Assembly: GCA_041496385.1 (NCBI GenBank)
Contig: JBGQEL010000028.1
Location: forward strand, 1-44,416
From: Candidatus Methylomirabilia bacterium
GTDB lineage: Bacteria; Methylomirabilota; Methylomirabilia; Rokubacteriales; CSP1-6
Length of the DNA: 44,416 nt
Direction: 5' to 3'
Shown here: positions 21,114 through 31,176 of the stretch, in pieces
How positions within the stretch are numbered: the first letter of the stretch is position 1
How the letters are laid out: each line of letters starts with the position of its first letter
Notes under the pieces: model-generated
The model's database searches: none
The model's input: only the letters and a program-made list of their open reading frames with translations
What the model was told of the DNA's origin: nothing
Translations under genes and position numbers: made by a program

Positions 21114-22367
21114 TCAGGAGATGGCGCTGTGGATGAGCCAGACGTTGGAGGCGATGAAGACGGCGATCGAGAGCGCCGAGACCAGCACGTAGCCGATCCA
21201 GAGGAACTCGAGCCGCGTGCGGCGCAGCCGCGTGCGACCCGTGACGAGCGCCTTCACGTAGGCGAGCGCGTCGTGCTTGAGCGTCGGGACCCCCAGTAGA
21301 TCCACGAAGACGTGATAGCCGTCCATCTCGATGAAGCAGAACGGGTACAGGGCGACGGCGAGCGCCTGCAACTGGATGATCCCCGACGCGGTCGCGAAGG
21401 CCTGGGTGAAGCTCCCCATCGGCGCGTTCGCGCCGACGATGAACCAGAGCGCGCCGAGCACCAGGTGGACGAGCGCGCCCGAGACGGCCGTCACGACGCG
21501 CGCCCGCCGGCTCGCCATGAAGATGTCGGTGACGTCCACGTAGAAGGTCGGCACGAAGCCGTGGAGGAACGTGAAGCCGAACTCGCGCACGCGCCGGCCG
21601 TAGTGGACGCAGGCCAGGCCGTGGACGAACTGGTGGAGGGCGACCGACGCGAAGAGAAGGAGCTTCACGAGCAGGACCCCGCGGATCGCGTGGCCACCGA
21701 AGCCCGAGAAGACGTCGGCGACCTCGCGGAGGAGCGCGACCTGCGCGACGGTCCCGAGGACGGCGAGCGCCACGCAGGCAACGACGGTCGCGCGCGTGAA
21801 CAGGAGGAAGCCGCCCGCGCGGTAGAGCGCCTGAAAGAACCCGTGGACGTTGCGGCTCGAGATGTTGATGCGCTCCAGCCCGAGCAGCGTCGCCTCGACC
21901 GCCTTCGCCAGGCGCTGGCGGCGGTTCCGGGCGAGCACCTTCCGGAGTCGCGAGCGCGGCGTCAGCGTGAGGAGCTGCGCGCGCTGGAGCTTGCGGATCA
22001 GGTTCGGGATGATGTCGAAGTCGAACTCGCCGTACTTGAGCACGTAGGCCGTGGCGATCTCCTGGAGCGAGGTGTTGCCGTCCATCAGCTCCCAGAGGAA
22101 CCGTTCGTGCTCGGTGAGAAGGAGGAAGCGCTCCGTCTCGGTATTCTTGAGAATGCTGGACTGCTCGCCCGCGACGCGCGACTGCACGTCGGAGATCTCG
22201 AAGGCGCCGTCGCGAATCCGCTGGGGGCGTGACTGGACGAAGCCGAGCGAGCTGCCGATCTCGCGGAGCTCGAAGCTGTCGTCGTCGTGCCGCACGAGCA
22301 GCTCGAGCTTCGCCGGCACCGGGCGTGCCGGGCGCTCGGTCGACGAGCTCGGCTCGCGGGGCGTCAT
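21114..22367 (-). CDS. Membrane protein: PqqD/RRE-like domain fused to an M50 (site-2 protease)-like domain with HQxxH
   Basis: RRE-like segment ILKNTETERFLLLTEHERFLWELMDGNTSLQEIA...LIRKLQRAQLL, followed by TM segments, LHQFVHGLAC, PTFYVDVTD and MDGY; ATGA overlap with the upstream gene. Confidence 0.8.
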   Translation of the reverse strand: MTPREPSSSTERPARPVPAKLELLVRHDDDSFELREIGSSLGFVQSRPQRIRDGAFEISDVQSRVAGEQSSILKNTETERFLLLTEHERFLWELMDGNTSLQEIATAYVLKYGEFDFDIIPNLIRKLQRAQLLTLTPRSRLRKVLARNRRQRLAKAVEATLLGLERINISSRNVHGFFQALYRAGGFLLFTRATVVACVALAVLGTVAQVALLREVADVFSGFGGHAIRGVLLVKLLLFASVALHQFVHGLACVHYGRRVREFGFTFLHGFVPTFYVDVTDIFMASRRARVVTAVSGALVHLVLGALWFIVGANAPMGSFTQAFATASGIIQLQALAVALYPFCFIEMDGYHVFVDLLGVPTLKHDALAYVKALVTGRTRLRRTRLEFLWIGYVLVSALSIAVFIASNVWLIHSAIS

Positions 22368-22864
22368 CGCGGCTCGACGTCGAGCCCCGTGGCCTCGAGG
22401 CCCCACCGGGTTGCTTCGGTGAGGCGCGCGTCGGCCAGGCGGAGCCGTTCCATGAAGACGCGGACCATCGCGTGGAACAGCGCGGCCGCGGCGTGCGGGC
22501 TCGTCTCGGTCAGCTGGTTGAGGCTCTTGCGGCCGAGCACCAGGAGCATCACCTCGCCCTCGGCCTGGATCGTCGCGGAGCGGGGCGAGCCGTCGAGCAG
22601 GCTCATCTCGCCGAAGAACTCACCGGGGCTCATGCGGTTCAGGAGCTGCTCGACGCGCCCCTTGATGATCTTCGAGACGAGCACGCTGCCCCGGCGGATG
22701 AGGAACATCTCGTCGCCGGGGTCGCCCTCGCGGAAGAGCACCTGGTTCTTCTTGAGGGTCCGCTCGCTCAGCCGCTGGGCGAGCGCGGCCAGGTCCGTCT
22801 CCGCGAACACCGTGAACAGGCGAACCTCCCGCAGGAACGCGAGGAGATCGGCGGACGTCTGCAC
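22364..22864 (-). CDS. Stand-alone cyclic nucleotide-binding domain protein (no HTH)
   Basis: LFREGDPGDEMFLIRRGSV...PGEFFGEMSLLDGSPRSATIQA phosphate-binding cassette; 166 aa, ending after the C-helix. Confidence 0.92.
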   Translation of the reverse strand: MQTSADLLAFLREVRLFTVFAETDLAALAQRLSERTLKKNQVLFREGDPGDEMFLIRRGSVLVSKIIKGRVEQLLNRMSPGEFFGEMSLLDGSPRSATIQAEGEVMLLVLGRKSLNQLTETSPHAAAALFHAMVRVFMERLRLADARLTEATRWGLEATGLDVEPR

Positions 22865-22878
22865 GGCGGCGACCCGAC

Positions 22879-23097
22879 CTAGGTGGACACGCGGCGGATG
22901 AGCGCGTTCTGGAATGCGTGCCGCCGCTGGCCGGCCGGCATCTGGGCGAGCCGGGCGAGCGCCTGGAGGATCGTCGCGCGCTCGTCGTCCTTCAGCTCGT
23001 ACTGGGCCAGGAGCACATCGGGCGAGCGCTGGAGCTCGATCAGGAAATCCGGATCGATCATCGCGCGCCCCACGAGGTCCCGCAGCCCCTGCGCCAT
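22879..23097 (-). CDS. Os1348/Franean1_4349-like NHLP-clan small protein
   Basis: LRDLVGRAMIDPDFLIELQRSPDVLLAQYELKDDERATI matches the 'liGRA..D..Fr..L...P...la.y.Lt..E' nitrile-hydratase-leader-like pattern (recognised by eye). Confidence 0.7.
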   Translation of the reverse strand: MAQGLRDLVGRAMIDPDFLIELQRSPDVLLAQYELKDDERATILQALARLAQMPAGQRRHAFQNALIRRVST

Positions 23098-23106
23098 CCC
23101 GCGGGG

Positions 23107-23139
23107 ATCATACCAATTTCCCCGTCGCTTTGATAGGCT
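23107..23139. promoter_or_regulatory. Back-to-back extended -10 promoters
   Basis: Minus strand: TGgTATGAT, 9 nt before ATG 23097. Plus strand: TGaTAGGCT, 6 nt before ATG 23146. Confidence 0.55.
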
Positions 23140-23145
23140 CGCCCC

Positions 23146-23322
23146 ATGCTGCGCGGCCTCCGGATCCTGGTCGTCGAGGACGAGCGCGGCGTGCGGCTGC
23201 TCCTCGGGCGCGTGCTCGAGGACGCGGGCGCGGCGGGCGGACGCCGGCGATGGCGGTCTCGGCGTCGGTCGGCGCAGAGGGCGTGCCGCAGGTGCGCGTG
23301 GGAGGCGCTCGGGCGCGCGTGA
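23146..23322 (+). pseudogene. Internally deleted response-regulator receiver-domain remnant
   Basis: MLRGLRILVVEDERGVRLLLGRVLEDAGA corresponds to REC beta1-alpha1; RTPAMAVSAS (beta4-like) is in another frame; the phosphoacceptor Asp segment is missing; TGA overlaps the next GTG. Confidence 0.7.
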
Positions 23323-24320
23323 GGTCCGCGGGCGCCGCGCACGCGCTGGCGCGGGCCGCCGCCGTCGCGACGCTCGCCGCCGCCGCGCTCGCGGCGCCGC
23401 GCGCGGCCGGCGCGCAGCCCGAGCCGCGCCTGACCTGGGTCGGCTACCTCGCCAACGAACCCACGCCAGACACCTCCGCGCGGCTCCGCGCGCGGCTCGG
23501 CGCGCAGGGCTGGGTGGACGGTCAGACCGTCAAGGTCTGGTTCCGCTACGCGCAGGGCCGGCTCGAGCTGTTTCCGAGTCACGCCGAGGAGCTGGTCCGC
23601 CTCGGCGTGAACGTCATCGTCGCGTCGAGCCCGCCCGCGATCGAGGCGGCCCGGCAGGCGACGCGCGCGATCCCGATCGTGATGGCGACGACCGACGACC
23701 CGCTCGCCGCGCGTCTGGTCGCGAGTCTCGAGCGTCCCGGCGGCAACCTCACCGGCGTCACGCTGGCGGTCCCCGGGCTCGCGCGACGACGGCTCGAGCT
23801 TCTGCGCGAGCTCGCCCCGAGCGCCGTCCGTGTCGCCGTTCTCTGGAACCCGACGAACGCGACGAACGTCGCCGAGCTGCACGAGACGGAGACCGCGGCG
23901 CGCGTGCTTGGCGTCGAGCTGGTCGCCGTGCCGATGACGGCGGAGGCCGAGCGCCGCGCGGCGCTCGGCGCGGTGGAGGGCGCGCGGGTCGGCGGCCTCG
24001 TCGTGCTCGCCGACGTCGTCACCGTCGCGCGGCGCGCCGAGCTCGCGACCTTCGCCGCGCGCAACCGGATCCCCGCGGTCTATCCACTGCCCGAGTTCGT
24101 TGACGCGGGCGGCCTCGCCGCCTATGGCCCGAGCTGGAGCGAGGCGTTCGACCGGGTCGCCGTGTACGTGGACCGGATTCTCCGGGGCGCCGCGCCGGGC
24201 GAGCTGCCCGTCGAGCGCGTCTCGCGCGCCGAGCTCCACGTCAGCCTCAGAGCCGCGCGGGCGCTCGAGCTCCCGGTCTCGCCCGCGCTGCTCGCCCGCG
24301 CGCAACGGGTGGTGCAGTGA
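23319..24320 (+). CDS. ABC transporter substrate-binding protein (ABC_sub_bind type)
   Basis: Signal peptide ending AGAQ; IPIVM, LVASLERPGGNLTG, VAVLWNP, GGLAAYGP and VDRILRGA motifs; GTG start at 23319. Confidence 0.88.
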   Translation: MRSAGAAHALARAAAVATLAAAALAAPRAAGAQPEPRLTWVGYLANEPTPDTSARLRARLGAQGWVDGQTVKVWFRYAQGRLELFPSHAEELVRLGVNVIVASSPPAIEAARQATRAIPIVMATTDDPLAARLVASLERPGGNLTGVTLAVPGLARRRLELLRELAPSAVRVAVLWNPTNATNVAELHETETAARVLGVELVAVPMTAEAERRAALGAVEGARVGGLVVLADVVTVARRAELATFAARNRIPAVYPLPEFVDAGGLAAYGPSWSEAFDRVAVYVDRILRGAAPGELPVERVSRAELHVSLRAARALELPVSPALLARAQRVVQ

Positions 24321-24562
24321 GCCGGCGCGCCGCGGCGGCCCTCCCGGCGCTGGCGCTCGCGCTCGCCGCCTGCGCGGGAGGGGACTGGGTGTACGAGAAG
24401 AAGGGCGCGACGGCGACGCGGCTCGACCACGACCTGGCGACCTGCCGCCAGGAGGCGACCGACCCGAAGGCGTTCGCGGTTCTTCCCGCCGGGCGGGTGG
24501 ACCGCGAGACGTTGAACCGCTGCATGGAGCGGAAGGGGTATACCGTCAGGCGCGCCGAGTAG
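24317..24562 (+). CDS. Small lipoprotein
   Basis: Lipobox LAAC; DLATC...CMERKGY cysteine pair; GTGA overlap. Confidence 0.75.
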   Translation: MSRRAAAALPALALALAACAGGDWVYEKKGATATRLDHDLATCRQEATDPKAFAVLPAGRVDRETLNRCMERKGYTVRRAE

Positions 24563-24651
24563 CCGGGATGGGCGAGGCGGTGTTTTGATTTTTCGCTCAC
24601 GGGGAACCGGAGACGCGAGTTCCTGCTTCTAAAGAGGCAGGAGGAACGAGC

Positions 24652-25029
24652 ATGCGGCAGGGAATCGCGGCCCTCGCGGTTGCAGCGCTCTTGTTGGGCA
24701 CGGGTCAGACGTCGGCTCAGATCTACGCACCTCAGACGCTCGACCGGTACTTCCGGCTCGAGTGGCAGGTGGTGCCGGGTAAGAAGGGGCCGGCGATCGA
24801 GGGCTACGTCTACAACCGGGGCTCGCAGAACGCCGAGCGCATGCGCCTGAAGATCGATCGCCTGGACACGGCCGGCGCGGTCGTGGGCAGCTCGACGACG
24901 TGGGTGCTGGGCGTGGTCCCCCAGGACAACCGCGCGTACTTCAGCGCGTCCGTGCCCGAGGCGGCGGCATACCGGGTCCAGGTGCTCACGTTCGACTGGA
25001 CCGGCAAGGGCGGCGGCGGCGGAATGTAG
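24652..25029 (+). CDS. Secreted hypothetical protein, FxLYD-like beta-sandwich
   Basis: Signal peptide; IEGYVYN...LDTAGAVVG pattern; AGGAGG SD. Confidence 0.65.
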   Translation: MRQGIAALAVAALLLGTGQTSAQIYAPQTLDRYFRLEWQVVPGKKGPAIEGYVYNRGSQNAERMRLKIDRLDTAGAVVGSSTTWVLGVVPQDNRAYFSASVPEAAAYRVQVLTFDWTGKGGGGGM

Positions 25030-25146
25030 GCACCTCGCGGCTCACCACGGGATTTGTCACCCCCCGTGCCATCCTGTTCCTGAAGACCCTCGCGGCGGCG
25101 CCGCCTAACTCCGCATCCCCCGTGGCTTTTCAGGTCCTTCCTCCCC

Positions 25147-25162
25147 TGGCACCTCCGCTGCA
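25147..25162 (+). promoter_or_regulatory. Candidate sigma54 (-24/-12) promoter
   Basis: TGGCAC-CTCCG-CTGCA with exact GG-N10-GC spacing, 14 nt before ATG 25177. Confidence 0.55.
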
Positions 25163-25176
25163 CAACACGGCCCCTC

Positions 25177-25827
25177 ATGAAGCGCCTTCTCCTGATCGCG
25201 GGGGTCTGCACGATTGTGGTCGCGGCAGCCCCGGCCCTCGCACAGAGCGCCAAGAGCGACGGCCCGGTGCCCGCGCGCGTCGCCGCCGAGCCGGCGGTCC
25301 GCCCGCGCGTTGTGATCGCACGGCCTGCCCGCCCCCGACTCGCGACGGTGGTCCGCTATGGGGGTAGCGGAGGCTGGTCGCTCGCCGATGCCGACATGAT
25401 TCAGGACTTCTTCGAGAGCCGCTTCGGCCGCCCGCTGCCCGTGAGCGCCTGGGGACAAACGGCCCTTCATGACCGTCTGCGCCTCGATCATCGCAACGCG
25501 TTCGACGTCGCGGTCCACCCCGACAGCACCGAGGGGCGCGAGCTGATGGAGTACCTCAGGAACTCGGGCATCCCGTTCGTGGCGGTCCGCAAGCGCATGC
25601 CCGGCTCGTCCACGGGCGCCCACATTCACGTGGGTCCCGAGTCCGAGCGGCTGCCACGGTCGCGTCAGCCCGCGGCCGTCGCGAAGGTCAAGACGGAGCG
25701 CAAGATCCTCGCGCGCAAGAGCCCGGCTCGGCCGCGGCCCGAGATCATGCCGGACGACCAGGTGCTCGCCGGCGAGCTCGCCATCGAGAACGTCGCCGAC
25801 CGATCGGCCGGCACCCCGCCCATCTGA
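25177..25827 (+). CDS. Secreted hypothetical protein, possible Zn-peptidase (M15/LAS-like motifs)
   Basis: Signal peptide; H...DHRNAFDV and HIHVG motifs. Confidence 0.6.
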   Translation: MKRLLLIAGVCTIVVAAAPALAQSAKSDGPVPARVAAEPAVRPRVVIARPARPRLATVVRYGGSGGWSLADADMIQDFFESRFGRPLPVSAWGQTALHDRLRLDHRNAFDVAVHPDSTEGRELMEYLRNSGIPFVAVRKRMPGSSTGAHIHVGPESERLPRSRQPAAVAKVKTERKILARKSPARPRPEIMPDDQVLAGELAIENVADRSAGTPPI

Positions 25828-25945
25828 CGCGGCACCACCTCGCAGTCGACCACCAACTCGTCTAGAATCCTCGCCAGCCGAGACCATCCAGCAGGCGAGG
25901 AGGCCGTCATGCAGAACACGCAGGGCGTGCTCGGAGGCTGAGGCG

Positions 25946-27214
25946 ATGGGCGACTACCTGATCACCAACGTCAGGATCATCGACGGGACCGGACGGGACC
26001 CGTTTCCGGGAGCCGTGCGGGTCGACGCCGATCGCATCGTCGAGGTGACGCCGGGGGCGGCACCGCCCGCGGCCCGCGACGCGACCGTCATCGACGGCGC
26101 GGGCGCGACGCTCATGCCGGGGCTGATCGAGTCCCACGCGCATATCGGGCTGGCCGACATGACCTCGCACGAGCTGACGCGCCTGCCGCCCGAGGAGCAC
26201 ATGCTCGTGACGGTGCGCAACGCGAAGACGATGCTCGACTGCGGCTACACGAGCGCGTTTTCCGCGGGGTCGCCCAAGCCCCGGCTGGACGTCGTCCTCA
26301 AGCGCGAGATCGAGGCCGGACGCGTTCCGGGGCCTCGGCTCCTCGCCAACGGGCCGGAGATCACGGTGACCGGCGGGCTCGGCGACACCAACCTGCTCCA
26401 CCTGCCCCACGTCGACACGCCGACCTTCGCGTGGGTCGCCGACGGGCCCGACGCGATTCGCCGCGTGTGCCGGCTCCTCGCGCGCGAGGGCGTGGATCTG
26501 CTGAAGCTCAACCTCTCCGGGGATCTCGGGACCTCGAGCTACCCGTCCGAGGTCACGCCCATGACCGACGGCGAGGTGGCCGCGGCCATGGAGGTTGCGC
26601 GCGCGGCCAGGCTGCGCGTGGCGGCGCACTGCCGGAGCTCGGAGTCGGTCCTGATGGCGCTCCGCCACGGCGTCGAGGTCGTCTACCACGCGAACTGGGC
26701 CGACGCGCGCGCGCTGGACGCGCTCGAGGCCGCGCGCGAGCGGATCTTCGTCGGTCCCGCGCTCGGCATCGCCTACAACCTGAGCCAGGCCGCCGGCCAG
26801 TGGGGCGTCACCGCCGAGCGGTCGAAGGCGTTCGAGCGCGAGCTCGAGGTGTCCGTCGAGACGGTCGCCCGCATGCGCGCGCGGGGCATCCGCGTGCTGC
26901 CGGGGGGCGACTATGGCTTCCCGTACACGCCGCACGGCACCTACGCGCGCGATCTCTGGCTCTTCGTCAAGATCCTCGGTTTCTCCGCGATGGAGACGCT
27001 CGTCGCGGCGACGCGCCTCGGCGGCGAGATCATGGGCCTGCCGGGTGAGCTCGGCCTCGTGAAGCCGGGGGCGCTCGCCGACCTCCTGCTCGTGGACGGC
27101 GACCCCCTCGCCGACATCGCGATCCTCCAGGACCGCGGCGCGCTGCGCATGATCATGAAGGACGGCGCGCTCCACAAGGCGCCATCGCGAGTCATGCGCG
27201 GGCCGACGGGATGA
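25946..27214 (+). CDS. Amidohydrolase-family (prolidase-like) metal-dependent hydrolase
   Basis: TLMPGLIESHAH, LLKL, VAAHC, VYHA, GGDYG and ADLLLVDGDP motifs. Confidence 0.92.
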   Translation: MGDYLITNVRIIDGTGRDPFPGAVRVDADRIVEVTPGAAPPAARDATVIDGAGATLMPGLIESHAHIGLADMTSHELTRLPPEEHMLVTVRNAKTMLDCGYTSAFSAGSPKPRLDVVLKREIEAGRVPGPRLLANGPEITVTGGLGDTNLLHLPHVDTPTFAWVADGPDAIRRVCRLLAREGVDLLKLNLSGDLGTSSYPSEVTPMTDGEVAAAMEVARAARLRVAAHCRSSESVLMALRHGVEVVYHANWADARALDALEAARERIFVGPALGIAYNLSQAAGQWGVTAERSKAFERELEVSVETVARMRARGIRVLPGGDYGFPYTPHGTYARDLWLFVKILGFSAMETLVAATRLGGEIMGLPGELGLVKPGALADLLLVDGDPLADIAILQDRGALRMIMKDGALHKAPSRVMRGPTG

Positions 27215-27267
27215 AGCGTACGGTGCTCAAGAAGTCGCTGACGGCGGGGTCCGAGTAGACGGACGGT

Positions 27268-27650
27268 CTACCAGCGTTCCAGCCGCTGCACGAGCCAGCG
27301 CCAGGCCGGCTCCTCCGCGCGCTCGCGGGCCGCCTCGTCGAGCACGGCGTACGCCGCGCTCGTCGCCTCGGCGAACCAGCGGGCGCTCTCGCCGCCGTGG
27401 CCCCGCACCACCTCCAGCGTCGCGCGGCACACCGTCTCGACCAGGTCGTCCGGGGCGTCCAGCTCCCGGACCAGGCGACAGGCCGCGCGCACCGTCGCCT
27501 CGACGGCGTCGCTCACCTCGCGTGCGCCGAGCGGGCCCTGCTCGATGCGCGCGACCACCAGCTCGCGCACCGTGAGGCGCACGCCACGCGCCGGAACGCC
27601 CGCGCGCAGGAGCCCCGCCAGCTCCGCGACCACGAGTTCCTCGAACGGCG

Positions 27651-27654
<4 letters not shown>
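27268..27654 (-). CDS. Hypothetical helical protein (128 aa) coupled to clpB
   Basis: [16 protein letters not shown]...; ATGA overlap with the clpB stop. Confidence 0.65.
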
Positions 27655-30287
<2,633 letters not shown>

Positions 30288-30334
30288 CGCTTCTCCTTCG
30301 GCGAAGGCGCGCGCGACCTCACGGATTGCCGGGC

Positions 30335-30565
30335 CTAGAGCATTGGAAGCCCGCGCCGACGAGAGCCGAGCGGAAAGGCCTCGTCGATCAGCGCGAGCTC
30401 GGCGTCGGTCAGGCGGAGCTCGCCGGCGCCCGCGTTCTCCGCCGTGTGCCCGGGGCGTCCGGCCTTGGGAATGGCGAAGAGCGACGACCGCTGCACCAGG
30501 AATCGCAGCGCGACCTGGCGTGGGGTCGCGCCGTGCGCGCCGGCCCAGGTCCGCTGACCGATCAC
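30335..30565 (-). pseudogene. In-frame internally deleted aldo/keto reductase remnant
   Basis: VIGQRTW (cf. AKR N-terminal GQGTW) is joined directly to the AKR C-terminal part [11 protein letters not shown]...IPKA...AENAGA..LRL...IDEAFP; the catalytic core is absent. Confidence 0.75.
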
Positions 30566-31176
30566 CGCGACCGCGCCAGCCCCGCGCGCAGCACGCGCCG
30601 CCCCAGCAGCAGCGCCATCGCGCACGCCGCGACGATCAGGGCGACGTGCTCGACCGTGCCGAGGACGGCGCGCAGCCGCTCCACGTACGCTCCCAGGCCG
30701 TATCCTGCGGCGACGCCGATGCCCACGGCGTACGGCACGTAAACCGTCGCGCCGACCAGGTTCGCCCCGAAGAACACGGCGGGGCGGAGGGCGGCGGCTC
30801 CCGCCAGCGGTCCCGCCAGGAAGCGAAATCCCGGGACGAAGCGCGCCGCAAAGACGGCGAGCGCGCCGTACCGGGTCATGAACCGCCACACCGATTCGAA
30901 TCGCTCCGGCGTCATCAGCACGAGGTGTCCGTAGCGCTCGATGGCCGCGCGCCCGTACCGGCGTCCGATCCAGAACCCGATGTTGTCTCCCACCACGCAG
31001 CTGGCGATGCCGACCGCGAGAACCAGCGGGAGCTTCAGGTCACCGCGCCAGGCCAGGTAGCCGGCCAGGACCAGGATCGACTCCTCCGGGGCCGGGAACC
31101 CGACGTTGCCCAGGGTGACGAAGATGACGATGGCGAGGTAGCCCCAATGATTGATCAGCTCGCCGGGATCGATCAC
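30562..31176 (-). CDS. DedA family membrane protein
   Basis: [17 protein letters not shown] and ARFVPGFR motifs; GTGA overlap with the lon stop. Confidence 0.9.
   Translation of the reverse strand: MIDPGELINHWGYLAIVIFVTLGNVGFPAPEESILVLAGYLAWRGDLKLPLVLAVGIASCVVGDNIGFWIGRRYGRAAIERYGHLVLMTPERFESVWRFMTRYGALAVFAARFVPGFRFLAGPLAGAAALRPAVFFGANLVGATVYVPYAVGIGVAAGYGLGAYVERLRAVLGTVEHVALIVAACAMALLLGRRVLRAGLARSR

Noticed and set aside
22364..22864. Crp/Fnr transcription factor
   Set aside because: The protein ends after the cNMP domain and C-helix, with no DNA-binding HTH.
27211..27258. Short ORF MKRTVLKKSLTAGSE overlapping the amidohydrolase stop (ATGA)
   Set aside because: Too short to distinguish from chance; no recognisable similarity.
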